Source: Eledone cirrhosa (Eukaryota). Taken from it: DNA of 64,000 bases. This document shows positions 25,999 through 38,210 of this stretch, in pieces. Location: assembly GCA_964016885.1 (NCBI GenBank), contig OZ024741.1, forward strand, positions 309,938,001-310,002,000, given 5' to 3'. The first letter of the stretch is position 1; each line of letters starts with the position of its first letter. Below the pieces are notes generated by a model that made no database searches, had not been told where the DNA came from, and was given only the letters and a program-made list of their open reading frames with translations. The translations under genes were made by a program, and so were the position numbers.

Positions 25999-26377
25999 TA
26001 CTGCTCTCTTGAGACACAAAACTATAACTGATATTTCTAACCTACCCCTCTCTAGAGTGCAGGCTATACTTGTATTTTAACTGGTGGTGTCTTTTGCCAA
26101 ACACAACTAAATCCTATCAAGAGAACAATCAAGAGAAGTAACCAGAAATATCTAAATAGGCTTCACAAAGAAGTCTGAATTGTTGTTTACCTCTAACTCA
26201 TCTCTCATCTAGGAGTTCTATACTCAAAAAGATTTCAGCTGTGACCTTATTTTGAGAGCATTGTGAATCCAGTGCCCTATTCTTTTTAGGACAAGCTTTT
26301 CTGACAGTGTATCTTCTGGGATTACAATATTTAATGTGGTTTTCTTTATTTTTAATAGAAGACAGTAGAAAATAATT

Positions 26378-26878
26378 GAACCCTTTAGCATTTACAATAT
26401 TATATCATTTCATTTTACGTCTGCTTTTTCCCTGCTTGCAAGGGTGGGACGGGAACTTATTCTGGCTTGATTTCTACAGCTGGATGCCCTTCCTAACACC
26501 AACCTCATTTACAGTGAGTGCTGGGTGCTTTTTTGCCATCGCACCTCCATGACCACTTTGCAGTGGAATGATATGGACCCCAGTTCCTATCATCTCATTT
26601 CTACAACTGAGTAAACTGGAGCAATGTGAAATAAAGTGTCTTGCTCAAGGAAACAACACATCACCTGGTCCGAGAATTGAACTCACAACCTTTCAATTGC
26701 AAGGCCAATGCTCTAACCACTAAGCCATGTGCCTCCATGTATATTTAATATTATATTTATGCGGTAAAGGCTTTACCTCACATAATATCGAATCTACATC
26801 AGTATGAGCGACTGGTTACAGCCAGTTTGAACAGAAAGAGGTGAGAGAATACAGCTGGTTTAAATGCTAAAGGGTTAA
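26378..26878. mobile_element. Second piggyBac-like MITE (CCCTTTAGCATTT...AAATGCTAAAGGG) carrying nested RTE-tail and SINE insertions; uninterrupted copy at 46257-46463
   Basis: 13-bp TIRs, TTAA on the right flank, and shared internal sequence (CACATAATATCGAATCTA, TTTGAACAGAAAGAGGTGAGAGAAT) with the 46.3 kb copy. Confidence 0.75.
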
Positions 26879-27707
26879 GGGAGATTTGGCTTATCTTTCT
26901 TGTAAGATAAACAACTATGGCATGTAGGAGCTGTGAAATGAAGTTAGTAATACAGATACTTGACAATTTTTAGTAGAATTGTTGACTGTATAGCAGGGAA
27001 TTTTTTGTTTATGAACAGGAGAGGAGGTGGTGAGGTTACTGGAAATGAATAACAAAAAAATAAAAGAAAGAAAGATCAAATGTCCCGTCCATAAATCAAT
27101 ATTTATACTGATTTTTAAAATCTCTTTCAAAGCCTGAAAACTAATAGAAAACCTGACAAATATCTATGTGTGTATGTATATATATATATATATATATATA
27201 TACTTGGTATATTTTGTGTTAGTTAATCTACTGACACTAATGTATGCAGGATGGAGCACTCAAAGAAGTATATATGTAGGTCTGTGTACTCTAGAGTACT
27301 GGTATAACAATGAAATAGAAGTCAGTAGATTAGAATTTACTTCATTTTATTGATTATATACTCACTGCTAACAGTGATTATGTAATCAATATATATATGT
27401 ATGTATATCATGTCACAGCTATCGCAGTAGCCGTGTGAGAATGTCAGACACATGTTTCTGGAATTTTTGTCTGTTATCAATAGCATTTACTCACTCGGTA
27501 CTGAGGTAAGAATAAGCTATAGCCTTTAAGCTTTTTGCATATGAAACATTGGCTGAAGTTGTTCATTTGCATATTATACATAAACACACACACACACGTA
27601 CGTACGTATGTATGTATGTATAGATGATGTATATATATATATACCATCATATGCTCCTCTAATATGAATTACACTATATTAGGGCTACTGTTAATGTGTG
27701 TGTGTAT

Positions 27708-27762
<55 letters not shown>

Positions 27763-28643
27763 GATAGATATATTTACATGCAAACATCAACTAAGACATA
27801 TCAATAAATGTACATAAGCAAACACAATATGTATAGACACAAAAAATGATAATCCTTTTATGCCATACGGATTCAAGGACCCAGTGTTCAGCTATGATTT
27901 CTGTAGTGTTGAACAGATAAGAGTGAAATCTTTCCCTGAACAGGACATTACAATCACACACACGCAACTACAACTACATACACGACTGTAAGCACATTAA
28001 AACACACACACACACACATAGTACTTTAGTTGGTTCAAACTATTTAATTCTGGCAATTTCTGAGCATTGTAAAATACCTGCACACATCAAAACATGCATA
28101 CAGACACACACACATACATCACATCACACAAATTGTTGTGTATCTGCATGTGTACATATTTTTTTTATTGTTTAGCCAAGGATGGAAGGGCAGTGTGCAC
28201 AACTTCAGAGCTTCTGAGACCGGAGGAAGGTGTCCTTAAATCAGAAACCAGGCCTAAATGTTTGCAACAAAATGGACTCCAAAAGGCCAGGTTCTGGAGT
28301 TAAAGCAGGAACCAGATTAAGTATACCATTCAAGGAGATAAATAACAGAATCAAATACTTCAAAGCATTTTCCCTGATGCTCTACCTCTCCTTCTAGACA
28401 AGAAAGGATGAAAAGCAATGTTGACTTTGATGGAATTTGAACTCAGAGTCCAGTGAGCCTTAAAAGTACCACAAGGAATTTTGTCCCTAGCTCTATCAAT
28501 TCCGCCAATTCATCACTTGTGTATGTCATTATATGTCTTGTATATGTCTGCAATTGTGCTTGAATGTGTGTGTGTGTGTATATATATATATAAACAGGGA
28601 GACACAAAGCAGGCTTTGTTTACAAATGGCTAGCGAATTTGAA

Positions 28644-28808
28644 AATTAGGCAGTTATTTGGGATTTTAAAAAAAACCCCTGAATGGAAAAAAGGATCAGT
28701 ATTGATGTACATGGGACATGAACCCACATCTTCATGTCCCATGTACGTCAATTTTCATCCTTTTTTCCAGTCAAAGGTTTTTTTTAAATCCCAACTAACA
28801 GACTAATT
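28644..28808. repeat. Long imperfect inverted repeat (~78-bp arms, 8-nt loop)
   Basis: Perfect 16-bp inner stem GTACATGGGACATGAA / TTCATGTCCCATGTAC with loop CCCACATC. Confidence 0.9.
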
Positions 28809-31782
28809 CTATGTAGTTACATACAGCATAAGAACATGTTACTACCTAATTAATATTTATATATATATATATTTATAGCTGCAGTAGAAGTAGACCAAGA
28901 AAGACCAGGGCAGAGGTGGTGAGAGCTGACCTCAAATTGCTGAGACTCAGAGAGATGACTAAGAAATGAGGGAAGTAGAGAGATGCTGTTCTGAAAAGGA
29001 CCCGTCCAACCCAAGCAAGCATGGAAAAGTGGACATAACAACGATGATGATGATGTGTGTGTTTGTGTATGTGTGTGTGTGTGTAATACATCCAAAGAAC
29101 AAAGCTAGCTCTTATATTCCAGACAACAAACAACAGCTTTCTCTTTCAAATAAGACAGCCAAAAAAAACAACTAAACCAAACAAACATACAATACATCAC
29201 AATAACAAACACTTGACACTCCTGTGAATTTGTTATTGTCTGGTGCTGGTGTTGTTTTCATTTGTAAGTATCTACTTTTCCATCCTCTTTCTCTTTTCTA
29301 TCTAAACTTTTTTTTTAACATTTCACAGTTTAAGGACAACAATATTAGCAGAAGGGATTGGTTATGTTACCTTTACCTGACAAGACTACAAAAAATAAAA
29401 AAATAAAAAATAATTTTTTTTAAAGTACATACATAATAATAATTGTTATTTTATGCAAAATATTGTTGCTTGTGTGTGTACATGTACAAACGCATATATA
29501 CACACACAAACAGACATATAATAGACTTGCATGAAACATACACATCAAAACATTACTTGACTGCATTCTTATGTCTGTAAACACACACACACACACATAT
29601 ATATATACTGGCTATGTATATCCCAGTTTTTACAATTGGTGCACTGTATCACTGCATGTAGTAAGAGGTGACTAACAGGGTTGGCATCAGGAATGACATC
29701 CAGCTGTAAATCAGTTTTAAACCATCCCGTCCAATCCATGTCAGCATGGAAAAGTGGAGGTGACTAATGATTATTGCATTTAGAAATAATCACATCTGAC
29801 AATATTATTAGTATTATTGCCTTGTGCCTATATAAGAAACCATTATTAGTATTATTGCTTTAATTAAATCTTGAGGCCTTTCAACCACCTGGGGTAAATA
29901 AAGTGACCAGCCAAATACTGGGGTCAATATTATCGACTGTTTCTCTCTCACAAATTTCTAGCTTTGTTAGAAATAATAATTATTATCACTATTATTGATA
30001 GTATTATTATTATTATTGCTACCATGTTTTCACTAGTTTAATGCAAGCTTTTAATTGCATCACCATATATATACAAACCGAGTCAGTAGGTACCTCTTAA
30101 CCCAATATACACCCCACCTCACACACCCTACTCCTCTTCCCAATTCCGTCCACTGTGTCAGTGACACAACAAAAAGCACTCAGTCCACACTGTAAAGTGG
30201 TCGTGTAGGAGGCAAGGTAAAAAGGCTCCCATCCACACTGTAAAAGCGGTTGGTATTAGGAAGGACACTCAGTCGCAGAAAACCTGCCAGAGACATTTCC
30301 GTACGAGCGAGACACGCTCTCCCGACCAATCCCACATCAAATGGAACAAAGCCATCTAACCCATGCTAGCATGGAAGATGGACATTAAACGACGATGATG
30401 GTGATCATCATCAAACATCTGTTTTCCCTGCTAACAAAGGTTGAATGGGTCTTCACAGACCAAGTCAGTACTCAAGCAGGGCTGCTGATATCTCAGATCA
30501 GTGGAAAGTCTGAAGCTTGCTTACACACAAATCCCTAGTCTCACAAGTACATGACACGAGCACTAGGGTGGCTGTTATCTCTGATGCAGCTCAAGAGTTC
30601 TCCTGACTCTTTGTTTGGCAGGTTTTCTATAGCTGGATGCCCTTCCTATCATCAACCACTTTATAAAGTGTGTGTGTGTATATATATATATTATATGGAA
30701 AAGACTTATACAGGACTAGAACTGTTTCATTTGTATGAAATCATCAGGAATGTCTTCATGGTATGCTTCTTCTCTACTAACATATTGATTACCTTATTTA
30801 ATTGTGTGTTTTTTTCCTGACCCTCTTCCAAAAACCATCCATAATTATATATATATATATATATAAGCACACATAGTTCTCAATTTCTATCAGGAACATT
30901 CTTTCCTATGTACATGGTAGATATATCCTATTTATAACAACTTTATATTAATTATGGTGGGTTTGGAATACGAGTTCACTTAGCTTTCCCTTAACTTTCG
31001 ATTTATTAGATTAAAACTAGTTTATGACCGAGATAGTTGATATATTCATGCCTATCATCCTAATTCTTCCTCCCTAAATCTCACTTCCCACCCTTTTTCC
31101 ATCCATCTTCTCTCATGATCACCCTATCTGTATTTCTCCATTACCTTTCTGTTCTAGTGCTTTATATGAACCCCCCCCCCCCCATTTTTCCATCTCATCA
31201 TTACATCAATGCACAGCTGCATCTGTTTTACTTTCTTGGTTTCTATTGCAGTCAAAAGGCATTTTTATTTGGATTTACTATCTCACACTTTGTTACTTTG
31301 GTTGAAAGACTACTTTTAGTTGTCATTTAATATTGGTACCTGGTGTTTTCTTGCTTGCATTTATTGCCTTAATTCAGTTTTATACTTATATCTTGTGTTA
31401 TTTATTTACCCCTTCATAGCTACTTGTAAAGTAACAGATGTATGGTCTTGCCAGATATACTAGAATCGGAATATATATACCTATAATAGTAGCTGGTGAC
31501 AAGGCCTTGTTATGTGTGTTGCATATTTCTGACTTGCATATTTTTTCCTTCTTCTGTGCTTTTTTCTACTCTCTCTCTTTCTCTCATATATATATATTCA
31601 TGCAAACATGTTTACATTTTCACACATACACACCATTATTAAAAATGAAGATGATAGTAATCATAGAAAACATTTTAAAAGTGAGGTGGGACTATCTGGA
31701 AGATATATATGTATATATATATAGAGAGAGAGAGAAAGAGAGAGAGAATGAAAATGGAAATGCAAGATGTAACAATAATTAC

Positions 31783-31879
31783 CACTTTTTTTCTAGATTT
31801 ATTTAATTCAGCACAACCAATTCCTTCCGTTTCTGCTAAAGATTCCGCAATTGAGCGTATAGCCTGCATCCATTCTTCC
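31783..31879 (-). CDS. Akt: Akt coding exon 4 (REEWMQAIRSIAESLAETEGIGCAELNKSRKKV), PH C-terminal helix and linker
   Basis: Overlaps ORF 31675..31869. tttttag acceptor, GTG|gtaatt donor, 97 nt, phase 2 to phase 0. Has the EEWxxAI helix and ends at the position where the vertebrate AKT exon ends before the kinase domain. Confidence 0.93.
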
Positions 31880-32078
31880 CTAAAAAGAAAAAATATATCT
31901 AGGATATGAACATCATCAAAATCATTATCACACTTACATTTGTGGTGTAATGAAGAGAAAGGGGACTTTATTGCCTTTATGGATAAAACTGATTTAGTTC
32001 ATCTCTAGTTTGAACACCTGACACATCTGTGGATGATCTAGGAGGGGAAAATAGTGGTTAATATAGGACTCTAAAGCC

Positions 32079-34430
32079 CATCATCATCATCATCACCGTT
32101 TTACGTCCGTTCTTCCACGCTAGCATGGGTTAGACGGGTTGTCCTGTTGTGGGCAGTGTCTGGTCGGCTGACCATGCCTTGCTCATACAGGAACTGATCT
32201 GGCTTGATTTCTACAGCTGGATGCCCTTCCTAACACCAACCTCATTTACAGTGAGTGCTGGGTGCTTTTTCGTGGCGCCTACACGTCCACTTTACAGTGT
32301 GGGCTGGGTGCTTTTTTGCCGTGGCACCTCCACGACCACCTTGCGGTGGGGGGAGTGGGGGCATATTGTTTATATGCTTCAGCATGTACCCATGGGAGGT
32401 CGGGTACCCTGTATTACTGCGTGACGCCAGAAGTCACGGTCGTGTGTCATTGTCTTTGAGAGGTGTAGTTGGGTAAGGTCGGCTTTTATCACCTCATCCC
32501 AAGTCATCTTGGGTCTCCCCACTCCGCGGTTTCCATCAACTTCTAGTGCTCTGCACCTTTTTATGCAGCTGTCATCCTTCATACGCATCACATGTCCATA
32601 CCAGCGTAACCGCCTCTCCTGCATGCAGCATTTGATTCCTCTTATGCTCAGTCTCTCTCTCAATTCCTTTATGCTTTGTCGTTCACGTATATTACTGTTA
32701 CACATCCATCGGAGCATGCAGGCTTCGTTTCTCTCTAATCTACCTAAGTCTTCCACCTTCAGCGCCCAGGTCTCACTACCATGCAACATCGCTGTTCGGA
32801 TACACGCATCATACAGTCTGCCTTTCATTCTGAGGGAGAAGCCTTTTGCAGCTAGCAGTGGTAGTAGTTCCCTAAACTTCTTCCATCCCGTTCTTACCCT
32901 AGTCATTGTACTTTCTGAGCACCCACCTCCGTTGCTAATTCGGTCACCTAGGTAGCAGAAGCTGTCTACTGTTTCTACAGGGCCCTCCCAGAGATTGGTG
33001 GTACTTGTTTCCTGTGGCTGTTTGCTTGCTGTTTCAGCACAGCTGCTGCATGTGAATCCTACATTCTTAATTAAGCTTCCTGAGATCCCGCTACATCTCT
33101 TGTGTACCCATTGTTTGCATTTGGGGCAGAGAATGGAGTTCCTACCTACACCTTTCCTACATACTGAGCAAGGCCATTTCCCTGAGGGGATCTGGGTTCT
33201 GTTTTCTCGTCTACTTACAAGGACCTTAGTCTTTGTCATGTTGACTTTGAGGCCCTTTCTCTCTAGTCCCTGCTTCCAGGTTTGGAATTTATTCTCTAGT
33301 TCTACCATAGATTCAGCTATGAGTGCGAGGTGATCAGCATACAGGAGTTCCCATGGGCATCCGGTCTTAAACTCCTCCGTTATTGCCTGCAGGACTATGA
33401 TGAACAGGAGAGGGCTAAGAACAGAGCCCTGGTGGACCCCAACCTGTACGCTAAATTCCTCGCTATACTCATTGCTAATCCTAACTTTGCTGACTGCTCC
33501 CCTATACATGGCTTGTACCGCTTTCACAAGCCATTCATCTACTCCTAGTTTTCTAAGAGCCCACCAGATTACAGCACGTGGAACTCTGTCAAAGGCTTTC
33601 TCAAGGTCGACAAATGCCAAGTAGAGTGGCTTACTTTTAGCTAGGTACTTTTCCTGTAATTGCCTCACAAGTAAGAGGGCATCAGTGGTGCCTCTCCCTG
33701 GTACAAACCCAAATTGCATCTCGTCTATATTCACCCGGTCCCTAATCAGCTGTGCTATAACTCTTTCTGTTACTTTCATGACCTGGTCCATCAACTTTAT
33801 ACCTCTATAGTTTCCTCTATCTAGTGCATCGCCTTTACCTTTGTAGCAGTTGACAATGATGCTACTGCACCAATCTTTTGGTATGGCCCCTTCTAGTATT
33901 ACCTGGTTAACGATACGTGTGGTTATAGTGTGACCTACAGACCCAGATGCCTTCAGCATCTCGGCAGCTATACCCGATGGACCGGTTGCCTTCCCCATCT
34001 TCATATCTCTGATTGCCTTACTTACTACGCTGCCGTTGACTTGTACTGCTGGTCCCTCTATAGGGTCTACATGGGGTAGGGTCTCTTCTTCCCATGCATT
34101 CTCCTCATTTAGTAATCTATCATAATGACTCTTCCATGCATCTTTCTTCTCAGCACTTGTGAGGGCAAGCTCACCTTTATCATTCCGGATACACTTCTCT
34201 CCAATGACATCACAACTATCCCTGACACACTGCCTCGCAATCTTGAATACCTCCTGTTTCTGGTCCTCACGTTGTAAAACATGCTTGAATTTTCTATCCT
34301 CTGCTTCCCTCCTAGCTAAGTATACTTGTTGCCTAGCTTCCTTCTTGGTCTCTATGTAATGTACCCTGCTCCCCCCGTTCTTCCATTCTTTCCATGCCTG
34401 TCTCTTGGCCTTGACTGCTTCATCTACCTT
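32079..34430 (-). mobile_element. RTE-clade LINE, 5'-truncated, with an open RT frame carrying a PHD-like zinc finger and a (GAT)n tail
   Basis: ORF 32379..34463 has FVDLEKAFD, HQGSVLSP, YADH, RRLRWYGHV and GRPKMTW. The 3' UTR runs 32095-32378 and (CAT)n on + starts at 32079. The first ~10 codons of the ORF come from the flanking minisatellite. Confidence 0.93.
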
Positions 34431-34635
34431 AAACCAGTTATTGGAACACATGTGAAGTATCAAACTAGTTATTGGAACACATGTAGTATCAAACCAATTA
34501 TTGGAACATGAGAAGTATCAAACCTGTTATTGGAACACATGTGTAATATCAAACCAGTTATTGGAACATATGAGAAGTATCAAACTAGTTATTGGAACAT
34601 GTGTATAGTATCAAACCGGTTACTGGAATACATGG
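34431..34635. repeat. ~30-bp minisatellite (AAACCAGTTATTGGAACACATGTGAAGTATC-like), about 7 copies
   Basis: Directly visible tandem units abutting the RTE 5' end. Confidence 0.93.
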
Positions 34636-34996
34636 TTACTATAATTCTAGAAAATACTATATACAAATAAGAGACATGGATGGTCACAACTGGAATGTCT
34701 TTAATCACATATCTGATAGGTCAGGGGTTAACAACAAGAAATAGATTCTCTCATTGGTTATATATATATATATATAAATATAATTTCAGTGAGATCGTAT
34801 TTCGGCGAGGGCCAAAAACAAAATGAAACGCAATCTTCGAGATATGTGGCAAGCGCTCAATGGACTAAAAGAAGACCAGAGCAATTAACAAATGTTATAA
34901 AGGCCAGAAAAATGAAAACAGTGGTTGTGAAGCCATCAGCCACCGGAGCCAAAAAACCAAAGCAAGCTAAACAGGTTAACAAATATATAGATATTA

Positions 34997-35076
34997 TGTA
35001 TTACTGCGTGGTGCCAAAGATCTCGGTCTAAGACAATGTGACTGGACCGAGATCTTTGGCGCCACGCAATAATACA
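34997..35076. repeat. 80-nt hairpin (34-bp arms, 12-nt loop)
   Basis: Arms 34997-35030 and 35043-35076 with three differences. Confidence 0.92.
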
Positions 35077-35239
35077 GAAGACCCGCCTTGTCTATGTACA
35101 AAGCGAAACCTAGTCAGTAGGCACCTCTTAACCAACTATACACCCCATCCCACTACCCCTACTCCACCCTCCCACCAACACCACCCTTTCTCTGTAAAGT
35201 TATGTTGGTACCACAATATCCAGTCCAAAATAAATGAGG

Positions 35240-35625
35240 TCGTGTAGGTGTCACAACAAAAAACACAGAGCCCACGCTGTAATGTGGCCGTGTAGGTAAC
35301 ACGGTAAAAACCTCCAGTCCAAACTGTAAATGTAGTTGGTGTTAGGAAGGGCATCCAGCCATAGAAAACCTGCCAGGCAGTCCTATATGAGCGAGACACG
35401 GTCACCCGACCAATCCCCGTCTAAATCCATGCTTGTGTGCAAGATAGATGTTAAACGATGATGATGATGATGATGATGATTATACATATATATCATCATC
35501 ATCATTTTACATCCGCTTTTCCCTGCTTGCAAGGGTGGGACGGGAACTGATTATATATTTTATATATATATATATATATGCTAGCGTGGAAGAATGGACG
35601 TACAACGGTGATGAAGATGATGATA
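35240..35625. mobile_element. Cluster of RTE 3'-UTR or RTE-dependent SINE fragments with (GAT)n tails; similar pieces at about 6050-6610, 19400-19570, 26408-26570, 29680-29770, 30170-30665, 41000-41360, 46575-46690 and 49640-49990
   Basis: They share the GCTGGATGCCCTTCCTAAC and CCATGCTAGCATGGAA motifs with the 32095-32378 3' UTR. Confidence 0.75.
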
Positions 35626-35640
35626 TATATATATTATATA

Positions 35641-36164
35641 CTAGCAGTGGTATCTGGCGTTGCACGGGATAAGGTATTTTGGAACATGCTTGGACAATAT
35701 GTAAAGAAAATAAACCGAATACTCTGATGGCTGGATAATCTTTAAGATTTTCCTCGATGAAGCAGGAAAATGAATTTTTTTTATGTGCATAACATGCCTT
35801 GAAATTTCGGGAAAATTGGCTAGACGTAACACCTCAAAAAAGCCCTAAAACCATAAAAGAAGTTGGATTTTCTTTGCTCACGGTATGAAGAAGAGACTGA
35901 CTAATACATAGTTACAATTTCAAGGAAATTGGTCTGACGTAACGCCTAAAAAATCCCCTAAAAAGCTGAAAAAACGCAGTTTTTCACTTAATGCGGGCCC
36001 TAGGGAATCAAAATGTTGAATTTTATGTGCATAACACTCCCTGAAACGTAAGTAATACACATGTAAAGTTTGAAAAAAATCGGTTGGGTACTTCTCAAGT
36101 TTTAGGGATTCAAACTCACAGACACACACACACAGACAGACATCCTCAGTTTTATATATATAGA
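35641..36164 (-). mobile_element. Non-autonomous Helitron-like element
   Basis: On the minus strand it begins A|TCTATATATATAAAA and ends CCCGTGCAACGCCAGA..CTAG|T (decayed subterminal hairpin plus CTAG). Inserted between A and T with no TSD. Confidence 0.8.
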
Positions 36165-36825
36165 TTATATATATATATATATGCATGTATGAGAGTCTAT
36201 GTGACTATTCAACTTGCTAGAAACAGCAACTAAATCTCTCTCAAATCACACCCACTTTCTTTAAAAAAAAGGAAGGAAGGATTCAGTGGATGATATAGTC
36301 TAGATACACAATGCCCTGAAAGAAATGGTGGAATGGTCATAGCCAGGATTCACTATCAGAGCTGATCTGAAGTCTTAACAAAAATTAAAAATAAAACATT
36401 ATATATATTAACTTTTTAAATCCTTTAATGATTTAGCAGAAAATATCTAAAAAATATCTATTTTTACTAGTGAACATATTGTGAAAATTTGCAGTGAACT
36501 AAAGTAAAAATTTCATTTTTAATGTAATGCAGTTACAGTTATGTTACAGAATGTCTTGTTAATGCAATCTCATAAGGTTCAATATTATAACATAAAATAT
36601 AACATTAGTGATTCCTGTAGCTAACAGCGACAAGGCCAACAGTGTATTGACAGACTAGGGCAGTTGACTAGAGTCAACAACATTTATTAATAAGCAGAAA
36701 ATTTCCTGTTCTGTCCAAAAATGTTTGTAAGCATATCAGTTTCCTAGCATTGTGGACTTCCACCAGGATGTGCTATTTTTAGACACAGATGTAAACAAAT
36801 TTCAAACATGATAATAATTTGATAA

Positions 36826-38210
36826 TTGTTTTGTCGACCTTGAAAAGGCATATGACCACATTCCTCAAGACTTGCTATGGAAGGCTGGACAGGAGTATGG
36901 GATTGATGGTCAGCTCCTTGCTAGACTGATGTCTCTAATCAAATGCCTGAGTATTTGTGTTCAGATAAATGGTGCTAAAATTTTGTTCACGCTCGGAGTT
37001 GCTGAAGAATGGAACAAACTGCTTGCGTCAGTTGTTAGCTGCCGAGACACTGCATCCTTTAAAACCCTCATGCGTCCCGAAATTCGCCAAAACTACACCT
37101 GATGTACCCCTTCCATACATATGCACACGTGTATATGTTGACTCATGCACTGTTCATTTTCCTGACGTTTGTACATTACCCTATGTACTACACATACACT
37201 TTTTGATGAGTTGTAGTGCACCTGAGCACTGTACACAATATTTCATTATTATTATTATTAAATCAAAACCATTCAATGTGGGAGCCAGGCTCCGCCAAGG
37301 GTGCATACTGTCACCTGTCCTGTTCATTATTATTTACATGAACAGAATTGACATGCGCAGCCAGGTTGGAAGTGGTTTCACTACTGGCAGGTGTAAAATT
37401 AGTCAGCTGGAATCTGCAGACAACATGGTATTACTTAACTCAATAGAAGGTGATCTCTGATTTGCACTTGATAGGTTTGATGCCTTGTGCTGTATGGCTG
37501 GATTGAAAATCAGAGCTGTGAAAACTGTGACACTCGTCCTCTCAAGGAAGCCTGCGCAGTGCACTCTACATGTGAATGGAGTTCCACTGAAGCAGGTAGA
37601 GAACTTCAAGTATCTCGGAGCCGTGTTCACAAGTGATAGAAGGCAGGAGTCTGAATTAAGTGCAAGAATTGCAAAAGCTGGTGCAGTAATGCACCACTTT
37701 CAGCATTCAATAACCAGAAGGGAGGTAGGCATAAAAGCCAAACTTGCTATCTTCAATTCGGTTTTCGTGCCAACCCTTACTTATGGTCATGAATCTTGGG
37801 TAATGACCTAAAGAATACGATCGCGAATACAAACGGCCAAAATGGGATTCCTCCAAAAGGTCTTTGAAGTAATGTTACTCGATAAAGTGCGCAACACAAA
37901 GATCAGAGAGCCACTGCAGGTAGAGCCACTACTTCTCAGAATTGAGAGACCACAGCTCCAATACTATGGGCATGTGGTTAGAATGTCCCAGGAAAGAATT
38001 GCTGGACAGATTTTACAGGCAAAACCAACTACAGAAGACACAGGGGTAGACCCCGAGCAAGATGGTTGGATAACATCCATGAGCTTGGCAGGTTTACGCT
38101 TGAGGATCCAGCCGGATCAATTGGAGATGGTTGCTTCTGACAGGACCTATTGGAAGGAGTGTTTGAGGACACTGCCCTCACGACCCTCTCAATAAGTGGG
38201 CAAAGAAAAA
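36826..38210 (+). mobile_element. Decayed 3' half of a second RTE-family LINE, split by the CR1 insertion
   Basis: FVDLEKAYD, LRQGCILSP, FKYLG, TYGHESW and YYGHVVRM motifs spread across broken ORFs 36872-38195. Confidence 0.92.
36983..37260 (+). mobile_element. Short 5'-truncated CR1 copy nested inside an RTE element
   Basis: WNKLLASVVSCRDTASFKTLMRPEIRQNYT followed by the 3' UTR and (ATT)n. It interrupts the RTE sequence GGTGCTAAA|TCAAAACC, which is contiguous in the 42.7 kb copy. Confidence 0.93.

Noticed and set aside
30700-30760. Minus-strand CTGATGA...GAAAC hammerhead-like core
   Set aside because: Stems I and III cannot be formed convincingly.
32065-34440. Target-site duplication for the PHD-RTE (TAAAGCC vs TAAACC)
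   Set aside because: Too short and imperfect to support.
34431-34635. CRISPR-like appearance of regularly spaced ~30-bp repeats
   Set aside because: The units are directly tandem with no unique spacers, there are no cas genes, and the context is a eukaryotic intron.
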